Under the pieces are notes generated by a model, which was not told the DNA's origin, did not search any database, and saw only the letters and a program-made list of their open reading frames with translations. A stretch of DNA of 64,000 nt from Phycisphaerae bacterium (lineage in GTDB: Bacteria > Planctomycetota > Phycisphaerae > Phycisphaerales > SM1A02). The stretch's first letter is position 1. Each line of letters starts with the position of its first letter. Made by a program: the position numbers and the translations under genes. Below, in pieces: positions 50,473 through 59,547 of the stretch. The stretch is from positions 68,180 to 132,179 of the forward strand of contig PBAX01000002.1 of NCBI GenBank assembly GCA_002716385.1, read 5' to 3'.

Positions 50473-50808
50473 TCAGGAGGAACGTCTGGGCCTCGTGAAT
50501 AGACAGAAATTCACGATCCCCAGGATCACGATGGCCAGTCCAATCAGGGCTACCCACCAAGGTGCGAAGATCCACGGTGGATTGGCGGATGGCATCGATC
50601 CGGACATTTTGATGGTGGAGACGACGGCCGGTACTCCAATACCGATGATAAGGCTGATCACCAGAATCCAGCTGGCTCCTTTTGAGGCCACTTTGACGTC
50701 CTGATCCACGACCTTCTCGACAGGCCTGTTCTGTCTCTTCTTGGACTTGGGGCGGTATGGCGATTTCTGGATTGGTTTTGTTGATTTCCGGTTGGCCATC
50801 GGTTCCAT
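50473..50808 (-). CDS. small two-TM membrane protein with basic N-terminus (CrgA-like architecture)
   Basis: 111 aa: K/R/P-rich first 40 residues, then two TM helices (WILVISLIIGIGVPAVV and WWVALIGLAIVILGIV). Confidence 0.45.
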   Translation of the reverse strand: MEPMANRKSTKPIQKSPYRPKSKKRQNRPVEKVVDQDVKVASKGASWILVISLIIGIGVPAVVSTIKMSGSMPSANPPWIFAPWWVALIGLAIVILGIVNFCLFTRPRRSS

Positions 50809-50881
50809 CCTTTATTCGACATCACCAGCCTACCCGAGGTTGGTCATGGATGTCTTGGAGCAGCCAGGCCCGGGCGGACTA

Positions 50882-52321
50882 TCAGCCTGAGCTCATGTAC
50901 TGCATCAGCATCGTGCACAGCCAAGCGCCATAGGTGCCAACGGCATACCCCAGAACCGCCAGCAGCACGCCGACGGGAGCCAGCCTTGGATTGAATGCAG
51001 CCGCCACGATGGGTGCCGAGGCGGCGCCACCGATGTTGGCCTGCGAGCCGACGGCGATGAAGAAGCTCGGTGCCCTGATGGCCTTGGCGACGATGAACAG
51101 GAGCGTTCCCTGGAATCCCATCCAGATCAGCCCGACGACGAACAGCCATTTGTAGGTGGCGATGGCGGTGAGGTCCATCTCGAGTCCGATGACGGCGACA
51201 AGCATGTACAGAAAGACGCTGGCGATCTTGCTCGCGCCGACATGTTCCAGCTTGCGAGCGCTCGAGAGGCATGAGAGCAGCAGCCCGATCGTGGTGGCGA
51301 TCACGATCAACCAGAAGAACATGCTGGTGAGACTGAACCGTGCGCTCCATGGTGCATTGGCCTCGAACCAGGGGCCGATCGCCTCGGCCGAGACGAACGC
51401 GATACCAGTGGCGGCGAAGCCAACGGCGCAGATGGTCATCAGATCGGCGGTGGATGGAATACGGGACTTGTTGCCATACATCGCGTCAACTCGAGTCTGC
51501 AGATCGTCCAGCGCGGTACGGTCGGCCTTGAGCCATCGATCGAACATGGCCGATCGTCCAGCCATCCAGAGCATGAAGCCCATCCAGATGTTGGCGACGA
51601 TGACGTCGACCGTGATCATCGCGGCAAAGAGCTTCTCGGAAGGAAGGAAGATCTCCTTCATGGCGGCCATGTTGGCGCCACCGCCGATCCAGGATCCCGC
51701 GACTGTGGAGAGTCCTCGCCAGGTCGCTTCGGCGCCCTCGCCTCCGACGACATCCGGTTGGAAGAGGCTCACGACCCAGATCGCGAAGGGCCCACCCAGA
51801 ATGATGCCTGCCGTCGCCGTGAAGAAGATGATGAGCAGCTTGGGGCCGAGTCTGAAGATGCCGGGAAGATCGATGGCCAGACACAGCAGCACCAGACAGG
51901 TGGGAAGCAGGAAGCGGCTGGCGACGAAGTACAGATCACCACCGGGATCTCCGATGATGCCGAAGGTTCCCAGGACACCAGGTATGAAATAGCACAGCAG
52001 AATCGAGGGCACGATCCCGTAGAACTTCTTCCATCGAGGGTTGTCACTTGAGGATGTCCTGAAGATGACCGCGAGGATGACCAGCAGGATGCCCAGAACG
52101 GCCGCCCGATTCGTGATCCATGCATCGCCATGTGCCAATTCCGCCGCGATGGTTTCGGCGTCCTCCGCGATCGGAGCTGAAGCTGTCTGCGATGTTTGCT
52201 TTGAAGTCCCCGAACCGGACTTCGGGGTGGCACAGCCGGTCAGGCAGATCACCAGCATTCCCAGACAGAGCATCCTGATGACATTCAGCGATCGAATGGA
52301 ATGGCGTATGGAGTCGTTCAC
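50882..52321 (-). CDS. polytopic membrane protein, DUF819-like putative transporter
   Basis: 479 aa, about 12 TM, with a lipobox-like N-terminus (VICLTGC). Overlaps the dihydropyrimidinase stop by 4 nt. The DUF819 assignment is from memory of the family's appearance. Confidence 0.5.
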   Translation of the reverse strand: MNDSIRHSIRSLNVIRMLCLGMLVICLTGCATPKSGSGTSKQTSQTASAPIAEDAETIAAELAHGDAWITNRAAVLGILLVILAVIFRTSSSDNPRWKKFYGIVPSILLCYFIPGVLGTFGIIGDPGGDLYFVASRFLLPTCLVLLCLAIDLPGIFRLGPKLLIIFFTATAGIILGGPFAIWVVSLFQPDVVGGEGAEATWRGLSTVAGSWIGGGANMAAMKEIFLPSEKLFAAMITVDVIVANIWMGFMLWMAGRSAMFDRWLKADRTALDDLQTRVDAMYGNKSRIPSTADLMTICAVGFAATGIAFVSAEAIGPWFEANAPWSARFSLTSMFFWLIVIATTIGLLLSCLSSARKLEHVGASKIASVFLYMLVAVIGLEMDLTAIATYKWLFVVGLIWMGFQGTLLFIVAKAIRAPSFFIAVGSQANIGGAASAPIVAAAFNPRLAPVGVLLAVLGYAVGTYGAWLCTMLMQYMSSG

Positions 52322-53721
52322 GACTGTGTTCTCGAACTGAAGTTACGCTGGATCTCACGGCCGCCGGCCTCATCGCCGACATACTGGCCCGCTCGAGCAA
52401 CGACCTTGCCACGCAGTGTGACGACTTCGGCCCGACCGCGTCGCTCCATGCCCTCGTAGCCGCAGTAGTCGACCTGACTCAGGCCATCAGCTTCGCAGAA
52501 TGGTGATTCATGGCTTGGATCGTAGATCACCAGATCGGCATCGGATCCAACGGCGATCTCCCCCTTGCGGGGATACATCCCGAAGGTGCGGGCCGCTTCC
52601 GTGCTGCAGCTGTTGACCATGGTGTGCAGGTCGATGCGTCCGGCACACACGCCGTAGGTGTGTACCAGGTCGATTCGTTCCTGAATCGATGGGATTCCGT
52701 TGGGAATCTTCGTGAAGGCATCTCGCCCCATGTCCTTCTGGCCCTTGAAGTTGAAGGGGGCATGATCGGTTCCGATCGTCGCGACATGCCGGGCCTCGAT
52801 GGCTTCCCAGAGTCGGTCGTGTTCCTCGGGGTCACGCAGAGGTGGGGACATCACGTACTTGGCGCCTTCGAACTCGCCGCGTTCCGCCCAACTGTTGTCG
52901 AGCACCAGATGCGGCACGACTGATTCGACGATGACGTCGACGCCGGCGGCCCGGGCAGCCATGGCTCGTGCCACGGCATCTCCGCAGGATGTGTGCACGA
53001 TGTAGATGCGTGCGCCCGTGAGTTCCGCGAAGGTGCACAGGTGGTTGACTCCATCGACTTCCACGCTTCGAGGTCGTGATGGTTCGTGCCATTCCGGTCC
53101 GGACTTGTTCTCGGCCAGCAATGCCTGCTGCATCGAATCGACGGCCTCGGCATTCTCGCAATGGGCCGTGATCACGATGTCCAGTTCCTTCGCCAGCTGC
53201 ATGAGTCTGAAGAGATTCCGGTCGGAGATGTCCAACGCGCCCTTGTACGCCAGAAAGATCTTGAATGAGCGAACGCCATGGTGCTCGACGAGATCCCGGA
53301 CCTGCTGCTGGGCCAGTTCATCGAATCGAACGACGGCCAGATGGAAGCTCCAGTCGCAGCAGGCACCGGCCCGAGCCAGATCCTTCCACTCCTTGTAGGC
53401 CGCGGCCGGCTCGTCATCGGGTCCGGGGCAGATCATCTCGATGATCGACGTCGTGCCACCGACCAACGCCGCCCTGGTGGCGGATTCATGATCGTCTATG
53501 GCGTTGGTGCCCATGAACGGGAGATGGATATGGACATGAGGATCGATGAAGCCGGGAAAGACATAACGGTTGCGGGCATCGATGACTTCGGTCTCATCAG
53601 GCAGCGTCGATGGATCGATGTCCTCCTCGATCCGGGTGATGGTCTCGCCTTCGGCGTAGACATCGACCATGCGGTCTTCGGTTGAGGTAATGACTCTTCC
53701 ATTCTTGATCAGGATCGACAT
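52318..53721 (-). CDS. dihydropyrimidinase / D-hydantoinase
   Basis: FPGFIDPHVHIHLP (HxH), carboxylated-Lys context VRSFKIFLAYKG, ITAHCENAE, and IGTDHAPF. Confidence 0.85.
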   Translation of the reverse strand: MSILIKNGRVITSTEDRMVDVYAEGETITRIEEDIDPSTLPDETEVIDARNRYVFPGFIDPHVHIHLPFMGTNAIDDHESATRAALVGGTTSIIEMICPGPDDEPAAAYKEWKDLARAGACCDWSFHLAVVRFDELAQQQVRDLVEHHGVRSFKIFLAYKGALDISDRNLFRLMQLAKELDIVITAHCENAEAVDSMQQALLAENKSGPEWHEPSRPRSVEVDGVNHLCTFAELTGARIYIVHTSCGDAVARAMAARAAGVDVIVESVVPHLVLDNSWAERGEFEGAKYVMSPPLRDPEEHDRLWEAIEARHVATIGTDHAPFNFKGQKDMGRDAFTKIPNGIPSIQERIDLVHTYGVCAGRIDLHTMVNSCSTEAARTFGMYPRKGEIAVGSDADLVIYDPSHESPFCEADGLSQVDYCGYEGMERRGRAEVVTLRGKVVARAGQYVGDEAGGREIQRNFSSRTQS

Positions 53722-53724
53722 TGG

Positions 53725-54603
53725 TCACCCGCCTTGGCAGTCGGCAATTCGTTCATAGCTCTCCGGCCGACGGTCGCGATAGAACTGCCAGGTGTTTCGG
53801 ACCTCCTGGATGAGATCGAGATCGAGGTCCGCCACGATCACCTCGTCCCGGTCACGGCTGCCTTCCGCCACGATCTGTCCTCGCGGATCGCAGAAGTAGC
53901 TTTGTCCGTAGAACTCGCCGATGTTCCATGGCGCCTCCGTGCCGACGCGATTGATCGCCCCGAGGTAGTACTGGTTGGCGACGGCATGGGCGGGCTGTTC
54001 CAGTTTCCAGAGATATTCGCTGAGGCCAGCGACGGTGGCGGAGGGGTTGAAGACGATCTCTGCGCCGTTGAGCCCGAGTTCACGGGCACCCTCCGGGAAG
54101 TGGCGGTCGTAGCAGATGTATATGCCGATCCTGCCGGCACTGGTTTCGAAAACCGGATAGCCCAGATCGCCGGGCTTGAAGTAGAACTTCTCCCAGAATC
54201 CCGGGTTGCAGTGGGGCAGATGATGCTTGCGGTACTTGCCCAGATACTTGCCGTGTTCGTCGATCACAGCTGCCGTGTTGTAGTAGACCCCGGTGAGATC
54301 CTCTTCGTAGACCGGAACGACCATGATCATTCCATGTTTCCGGGCCTGCTCCTGCATCAACTGGATGGTGGGGCCATCGGGGACACGCTCGGCCATTCGA
54401 TACCACTCGACGTTCTGCTCTGCGCAGAAGTAGGGGCCGAAGAACAGTTCCTGAAGGCAGCAGATCTGGGCGCCCCGGTCGGCGGCCTCCTCGATGAGTC
54501 CGATGTGCTTGTCGATCATCGATTGCTTGAGCCCATCGAGATCGTCGACATCGAATTTGGTCGTGGAAGCCTGGATCAAGGCGGCTCGTGTGATTCGGGG
54601 CAT
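53725..54603 (-). CDS. beta-ureidopropionase-type carbon-nitrogen hydrolase (N-carbamoyl amidohydrolase)
   Basis: Triad contexts CLQELFFGPYF, YRKHHLP, and IYICYDRHFPE. Start trimmed to MPRITRAALIQ (ATG 54603). Confidence 0.8.
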   Translation of the reverse strand: MPRITRAALIQASTTKFDVDDLDGLKQSMIDKHIGLIEEAADRGAQICCLQELFFGPYFCAEQNVEWYRMAERVPDGPTIQLMQEQARKHGMIMVVPVYEEDLTGVYYNTAAVIDEHGKYLGKYRKHHLPHCNPGFWEKFYFKPGDLGYPVFETSAGRIGIYICYDRHFPEGARELGLNGAEIVFNPSATVAGLSEYLWKLEQPAHAVANQYYLGAINRVGTEAPWNIGEFYGQSYFCDPRGQIVAEGSRDRDEVIVADLDLDLIQEVRNTWQFYRDRRPESYERIADCQGG

Positions 54604-54706
54604 GAGGCGGATCTCTTCCTGATTGAAACAGGGGGGGATTCTACCAAGCTGACGGCCCAGGCAGTGTCTGCACGAGTCGATTATGTGCGTGGGCGAGGGC
54701 GTGGGT

Positions 54707-56080
54707 ATGCTGGCCTTCCTGAAGGTGTGCTCGAGGGCGTTATGCCCGGTCGAAGGGAGTGTCGTGCCTGATATCAGTGAACATCTCGGATCCGAAGCCC
54801 GGTTCGTCCGTGTGACCTGGGTCGATAACGCCGGGATCATCCGTGGCGAGGCCATGCATCGAAATCACTTCGAGCGCGATGCCAGCCACGGGTTCTACGT
54901 CTCGCAGGGTGCTCAAGGGCTGCCGGTGATGAGAGATGCGATCGTTCCCGGAAGCGGATTGGGCCCGGCCGGTGGTGCCTGGTTGATTCCCGATTGGAGT
55001 TCACTCAGAGGCCTGCCCCATGCGTCCGGATTGTCGGCGGTCATGGGGGACTTCGTCACGGCTGCGGGTGAGCCCTGGGCGTGCTGTCCGCGAGCCTGCC
55101 TTCGGCGGGCCGAGGAACAACTGGCGGAACTGGGATTCGCTCTCGAGGTCGCCTTCGAGAACGAGTTCTATCTCCTGAACCGAACGGATGACGGACACAT
55201 GCCCTTCGATGAGAGCCACTATGCCTCCGCCTATGGCCTGGTCGATGCATGGACGATTCTCGATGACATGGCCCGGTCACTGGAATTCCAGAATGTATCG
55301 GTCGAGAACATGATGGCCGAGTCGGGCCCCGGTCAGTTCGAGATCGTGGTCGAGCATGGCCCGGCGATGCGGGCGGCCGACAACTTCCTGACCGTTCGCG
55401 AAACCGTCCATGCCGTCGCGAGATCCCATGGCCTGATGGCCTCGTTCCTTCCCAAGGTCTTTCCGGATTCCGGAGGCAACGGATGTCATCTGCACTTCAG
55501 TCTGAATCGAGATGGGCAGAACGTCTTTCCCGACCCCGGAGCCTCCGACGGCCTCTCCCAGATTGGGCGACATGCGTTGGCCGGTGTCCTGGATCATCTG
55601 CCGGCTCTGGCGGCGTTGACCACCCCATGTCCCAATTCCTACCGCCGGTTGACACCGGGTACCTGGAGTGGGGCGTTCCGGTGCTGGGGGCACGACAACA
55701 AGGAGGCGGCTCTGCGGGTTCCGGCTGACAGCGGTGATGGCGGTGCCACCAACATCGAGTTGAAGACCTTCGATGCCACGGCCAATCCCTATCTGGGCCT
55801 GGCGGGTGTCATTCAGGCGATCATCCGTGGATTGAAGGAGTCGATCCCGTTGCCAGATCCTGTTGATGTCGATCCCGCAACCTTGCCCGAGGGCAGCGTG
55901 ATGCCGATGCCGAGGGATACCGGTGAGGCCTTGGTCGCGCTGGAGGCGGACGATGCCTTGAAGGCGATGCTTGGCGAGGACCTGACGAAAGCCTATCTTG
56001 CCGTCAAGCATGCCGAGTGGCATGAAATGAAATCCCAATCACATGAGCAGATCACCAGGATGCTGCTGGAGACCTTCTGA
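54707..56080 (+). CDS. glutamine synthetase family protein (gamma-glutamyl ligase-like)
   Basis: FENEFYL, MAESGPGQFE, NGCHLHFSL, and NSYRRL motifs. Start uncertain (track 54683, ATG 54707, GTG 54764). Confidence 0.75.
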   Translation: MLAFLKVCSRALCPVEGSVVPDISEHLGSEARFVRVTWVDNAGIIRGEAMHRNHFERDASHGFYVSQGAQGLPVMRDAIVPGSGLGPAGGAWLIPDWSSLRGLPHASGLSAVMGDFVTAAGEPWACCPRACLRRAEEQLAELGFALEVAFENEFYLLNRTDDGHMPFDESHYASAYGLVDAWTILDDMARSLEFQNVSVENMMAESGPGQFEIVVEHGPAMRAADNFLTVRETVHAVARSHGLMASFLPKVFPDSGGNGCHLHFSLNRDGQNVFPDPGASDGLSQIGRHALAGVLDHLPALAALTTPCPNSYRRLTPGTWSGAFRCWGHDNKEAALRVPADSGDGGATNIELKTFDATANPYLGLAGVIQAIIRGLKESIPLPDPVDVDPATLPEGSVMPMPRDTGEALVALEADDALKAMLGEDLTKAYLAVKHAEWHEMKSQSHEQITRMLLETF

Positions 56081-56120
56081 CGTGACGGAAAGACCGGATC
56101 CGAACTCATCTGAACATGAG

Positions 56121-56291
56121 ATGCCGCCGATGGCTGGAAGTGCGATGTCATGGGGACTCGCGGGCTTCTTCGTCATTCCATTGATTCTGGTGATCATGGT
56201 GTTCGCCATACCGATGTGCGCGCCATCACCCGAATTCGACGGTACGGCTCCCCTGTATTCACCTGCACCAGAAAGAGACGCTGCTCCATGA
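56121..56291 (+). CDS. small single-TM protein (tentative)
   Basis: MPPMAGSAMSWGLAGFFVIPLILVIMVFAIPMC... The stop overlaps the ATG of the next gene (ATGA at 56288-56291). Confidence 0.3.
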   Translation: MPPMAGSAMSWGLAGFFVIPLILVIMVFAIPMCAPSPEFDGTAPLYSPAPERDAAP

Positions 56292-57343
56292 TGTCATCAT
56301 TGCGTTCGCTCCTGCTGATCGTCGTCGTTCTTCCATGTCTGGCTCTGCACGATGGAGATCATTCTTCAACCGGTGACCCCAAGGCGGCTTCGGGCGTGGC
56401 CGATCCGGTGGAGATCGCCGGCATCGAATATTCGGTGGAGCCTTCGTGGGGACACAAGGGGCTCGAACTTCCCATCGGAAATACGCATGGCGGCATCGTC
56501 GTCGATCCGGCAGGCCGGGTGTACTACAACACCGATACGGAACGATCGATCATGGTGCACGAAGGTGATGGCACGTTCGTGACGGCATTGGCCAATCGAT
56601 ATCCGGGCATTCACGACATGATTCTTCGTGTCGAGAATGGAACGCCCTACATCTACGCGGCTCATCTTCACGGCAAGCAGGCGATCAAGCTGCGCCTCGA
56701 TGGCACGCTTGTCTGGGCGCTTGGTGTTCCGATGGAATCGGGCAAGTACGACGACGATCCGAATGCCTACAACCCGACGGCGATCGCCGTCGGACCCGAT
56801 GGTCGGGTCTACGTGGCCGATGGCTATGGTCGGCAGTGGATCCACATCTTCGGACCTGACCTCGCGTACCAGTCCAGTTTCGGCGGGCGTGGCAGCGAGC
56901 CGGGGCAGTTCCAGACCTGTCATGGGCTGGTCGTGGACACACGGGGGGAGACGCCGATGCTCATCGTGTGTGACCGTGAGAATCGAAGACTCCAGCGGTT
57001 CACGATGGATGGCAAGGTGGTGGATGTGCCGGTGACCGGCTTGAGGCGTCCCTGTGCCATGAGCATCTTCGAGGGTGGGCCCGGCAAGACGGATGATCGT
57101 GTGGCCATCGCCGAGCTGGAGGGCAGGGTCACCCTGCTCGATGGGGACATGACCGTGATCGGGCATCTGGGTAACAATCCGGATCGATCACAGTGGGCGA
57201 GCAATCCGGTGCCTCGTGACCAGTGGATCGAAGGCGTCTTCACGGCGCCCCATGGCGTCTGCTTCGATGCCAAGGGCAATCTCTATGTAATGGATTGGAA
57301 TTCTGCTGGCCGAATGACGAAGATGAATGCGACCGCCAGATAG
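56288..57343 (+). CDS. secreted NHL-repeat beta-propeller protein
   Basis: Signal peptide. Repeated units GRVYYNTD, GRVYVADGYG, PGQFQTCHGLVVD, ICDRENRRLQRF, and GNLYVMDWN are typical of NHL and peptidyl-amidating-lyase-like propellers. Confidence 0.65.
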   Translation: MMSSLRSLLLIVVVLPCLALHDGDHSSTGDPKAASGVADPVEIAGIEYSVEPSWGHKGLELPIGNTHGGIVVDPAGRVYYNTDTERSIMVHEGDGTFVTALANRYPGIHDMILRVENGTPYIYAAHLHGKQAIKLRLDGTLVWALGVPMESGKYDDDPNAYNPTAIAVGPDGRVYVADGYGRQWIHIFGPDLAYQSSFGGRGSEPGQFQTCHGLVVDTRGETPMLIVCDRENRRLQRFTMDGKVVDVPVTGLRRPCAMSIFEGGPGKTDDRVAIAELEGRVTLLDGDMTVIGHLGNNPDRSQWASNPVPRDQWIEGVFTAPHGVCFDAKGNLYVMDWNSAGRMTKMNATAR

Positions 57344-57351
57344 GGGTCGCA

Positions 57352-58353
57352 TCAATCGCGAATCTCATTCGATGCAGATGCCGACATTTCTCGAATGGCG
57401 TCCCGGCATGACCTCATGGTGCCGATCCCGAGCTTCTCGCGGGACAGCTTGCCGTCGAATCGGAAGCATCGGCGTGTGAGCTTGATGCCCGTCACGGTGG
57501 CCATGGGAACATGCCCATTCCGGCGAAGCCGGCAGTTCGCCTCCTCGAGATAGGCGAATCCCAGAGCCACGCTGTAGGGAACCTTGAATCGAGGTGGCCT
57601 TCGATCGTGAACCTCGCCAAGAAAGTTCAGGAGGGCCCGAATGGTCCAGTTCTCGTTCACCAGCAGGTAGGCCTCGCCCGATTCGCCATGTTCGATGGAT
57701 GCGATGATGCCATCGGCGACATCGCGGACATCGATGAGGTTGATGTCGCCCGGCATCCATCCCTTGACTCTTCCTTCCTTGAAGTCGTTCATCATGCGGG
57801 TCAACGGGCCCTGCTTGCGATCGCCGGGTCCGATCGGAACACTGGGTCTGACGATCACGACATCCTGGCCATTGGCGGCCGATTCGAAGGCGGCCTGTTC
57901 AGCGAGCCACTTGCTTCGGCAGTAGGGGCCGATCATGTCGCTCAGCTGAGTCTTCACGGATTCACTGATGACCTCGGTCTTCCTCCTTGGCGTGAGGATC
58001 GATTCGGTCGAGACGTAGATGGTTCGTCCGGCCTTCGCCCGGGCGGCGGCATCGAGGACGTTGCGGGTCCCCTGATGGTTCACGGCTTCGAAATCCCTTG
58101 AATCTCTGGCCCAGAGATTCGGGTTCGCTGCCAGATGGATGACGATGTCGCAGCCTTCTGCGGCTTTCATGACGCCATCTCGATCGCGGATATCCATGCG
58201 GACGATCTCGCAGTTCCGGAGATGATCGACATCGGCGTCCGGGAGTTCGAGCACGCGAACGGTGCAGTTTCGTTCATGCAGCAGCGAGACGACATGGGTG
58301 CCGATGAATCCGGCGCCGCCGGTGACCAGTATGGATGATCCTTCCAGCTTCAC
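57352..58353 (-). CDS. NAD-dependent epimerase/dehydratase (extended SDR, dihydroflavonol-reductase/HpnA-like)
   Basis: ILVTGGAGFIGTHV and YxxxK (YCRSKWLAE). Confidence 0.8.
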   Translation of the reverse strand: MKLEGSSILVTGGAGFIGTHVVSLLHERNCTVRVLELPDADVDHLRNCEIVRMDIRDRDGVMKAAEGCDIVIHLAANPNLWARDSRDFEAVNHQGTRNVLDAAARAKAGRTIYVSTESILTPRRKTEVISESVKTQLSDMIGPYCRSKWLAEQAAFESAANGQDVVIVRPSVPIGPGDRKQGPLTRMMNDFKEGRVKGWMPGDINLIDVRDVADGIIASIEHGESGEAYLLVNENWTIRALLNFLGEVHDRRPPRFKVPYSVALGFAYLEEANCRLRRNGHVPMATVTGIKLTRRCFRFDGKLSREKLGIGTMRSCRDAIREMSASASNEIRD

Positions 58354-59330
58354 GTGACCATCTCCTTGAGATGATCAATGCTGGGCGTCGCCCGATCGCG
58401 AGCGAGCCGATTGATGAGATCGCATGAGCGGCGATTGAGCGGGCAGGGGTGGTGGCCGGCCAGTCGCACCAGATGGCCATTGAAGTTCTCGACCTCCGTT
58501 CGGCCGGTCTGTATGTCGCCGGACATCGAGCAGTAGGTTCCACGGAGGCTCTTCGAGAATGGTCCGGACATGAGCGTTCCCAGCAGCGGCGTCTTCAGGA
58601 TCAGATTGACCGTGTCCGGATGGAACGGTCCGACGGTTCCAAGCTCTGTTCCCGACTGCTTGAGAATGCCGTAGTTCTCACGAAGGAATCGGAAGAACAG
58701 CTTTCGAGCCGGGGCGTGGGTGAGCAGTTGGCCGTTGTCGAGACCGCTGATCGCGGCCAATGGACTGATGGCGGCGTTGTACATCAGTTTCGTGTGCTTG
58801 AAGGGCAGGATGTCGGGGACGACCTTGAGCGTGAAGATCGTCTGATCGGCCAGTGAATCACCGATGATCCTCAGTTGATCGGGCAGGGGAGTGTCGTGGC
58901 CGCAGGCGCCGATGTGGAGGTCCCCTGGACGCGTGATCCGGGTGCGTGCTCGATGGGGCTCGCACTCGGATACGAAGGAGGCGATGCCCTCGAACCGGCA
59001 TCGGCTCTGGAGTTCCGGATCGAATCCGTTCTGGACGGGAAAGATGATCGAGTCTGGATGGAGGCGTTCAAGGACGGTGGCGTTGTCGTAGCACTTGGTG
59101 CAGAGAATGATCAGTCCGGGATTTCCGGGGTGCCAGTTCTCGAAGAGGGTGAAGCGAGCGGTTTGGCTGCCGTGATCGACGACCTCGACGCCAGATTCAT
59201 TGCCTCGGTCGACCTTCTCGGCATCGGCATCGACGAATTCGACCTGATGTCCCCTTGCCAGCAGAGCGTGTCCGATCGCGCAGCCGATGCCACCGGCGCC
59301 GAGGATCGTGATGGAAGTGGTGGGGGTCAT
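58350..59330 (-). CDS. 2-dehydropantoate 2-reductase family oxidoreductase
   Basis: ITILGAGGIGCAIG Rossmann start and the ApbA/PanE layout. Overlaps the downstream gene by 4 nt. Confidence 0.7.
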   Translation of the reverse strand: MTPTTSITILGAGGIGCAIGHALLARGHQVEFVDADAEKVDRGNESGVEVVDHGSQTARFTLFENWHPGNPGLIILCTKCYDNATVLERLHPDSIIFPVQNGFDPELQSRCRFEGIASFVSECEPHRARTRITRPGDLHIGACGHDTPLPDQLRIIGDSLADQTIFTLKVVPDILPFKHTKLMYNAAISPLAAISGLDNGQLLTHAPARKLFFRFLRENYGILKQSGTELGTVGPFHPDTVNLILKTPLLGTLMSGPFSKSLRGTYCSMSGDIQTGRTEVENFNGHLVRLAGHHPCPLNRRSCDLINRLARDRATPSIDHLKEMVT

Positions 59331-59446
59331 GGTCTTGTTCCGGGGTCTGAACGGGCATCACAGGATACCGGGTGCCTGATAGGCCGGACTGAAGCTGGTT
59401 TTCGGTACATCCAGCCGGATTCGCATAGAATCTCCGCCTGACCCCA

Positions 59447-59520
59447 GCGTGTGTAGCTCAATTGGATAGAGCATCGGTCTTCGAAACCGAGGGTTGCAGG
59501 TTCGAGTCCTGCCACGCGCG
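59447..59520 (+). tRNA. tRNA-Arg (anticodon UCG)
   Basis: Hand-folded cloverleaf: acceptor GCGTGTG/CACGCGC (one G-U pair), D arm GCTC-AATTGGATA-GAGC with A20, anticodon arm TCGGT-CTTCGAA-ACCGA, variable loop GGGTT, T arm GCAGG-TTCGAGT-CCTGC, discriminator G. No encoded CCA. Confidence 0.9.
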
Positions 59521-59547
59521 TTTTTTCATTTCTCAGGAGAACTCGAC

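Noticed and set aside
51156-51992. 278-aa plus-strand ORF
   Set aside because: Antisense to the DUF819-like membrane protein gene. Its Ser/Ala/Pro/Met-rich composition mirrors the complement of hydrophobic codons.
53734-54771. 345-aa plus-strand ORF
   Set aside because: Antisense to the beta-ureidopropionase-type gene, which has an intact Glu-Lys-Cys triad. The sequence is low-complexity and Val/Gly/Asp/Leu-rich with no recognisable domain.
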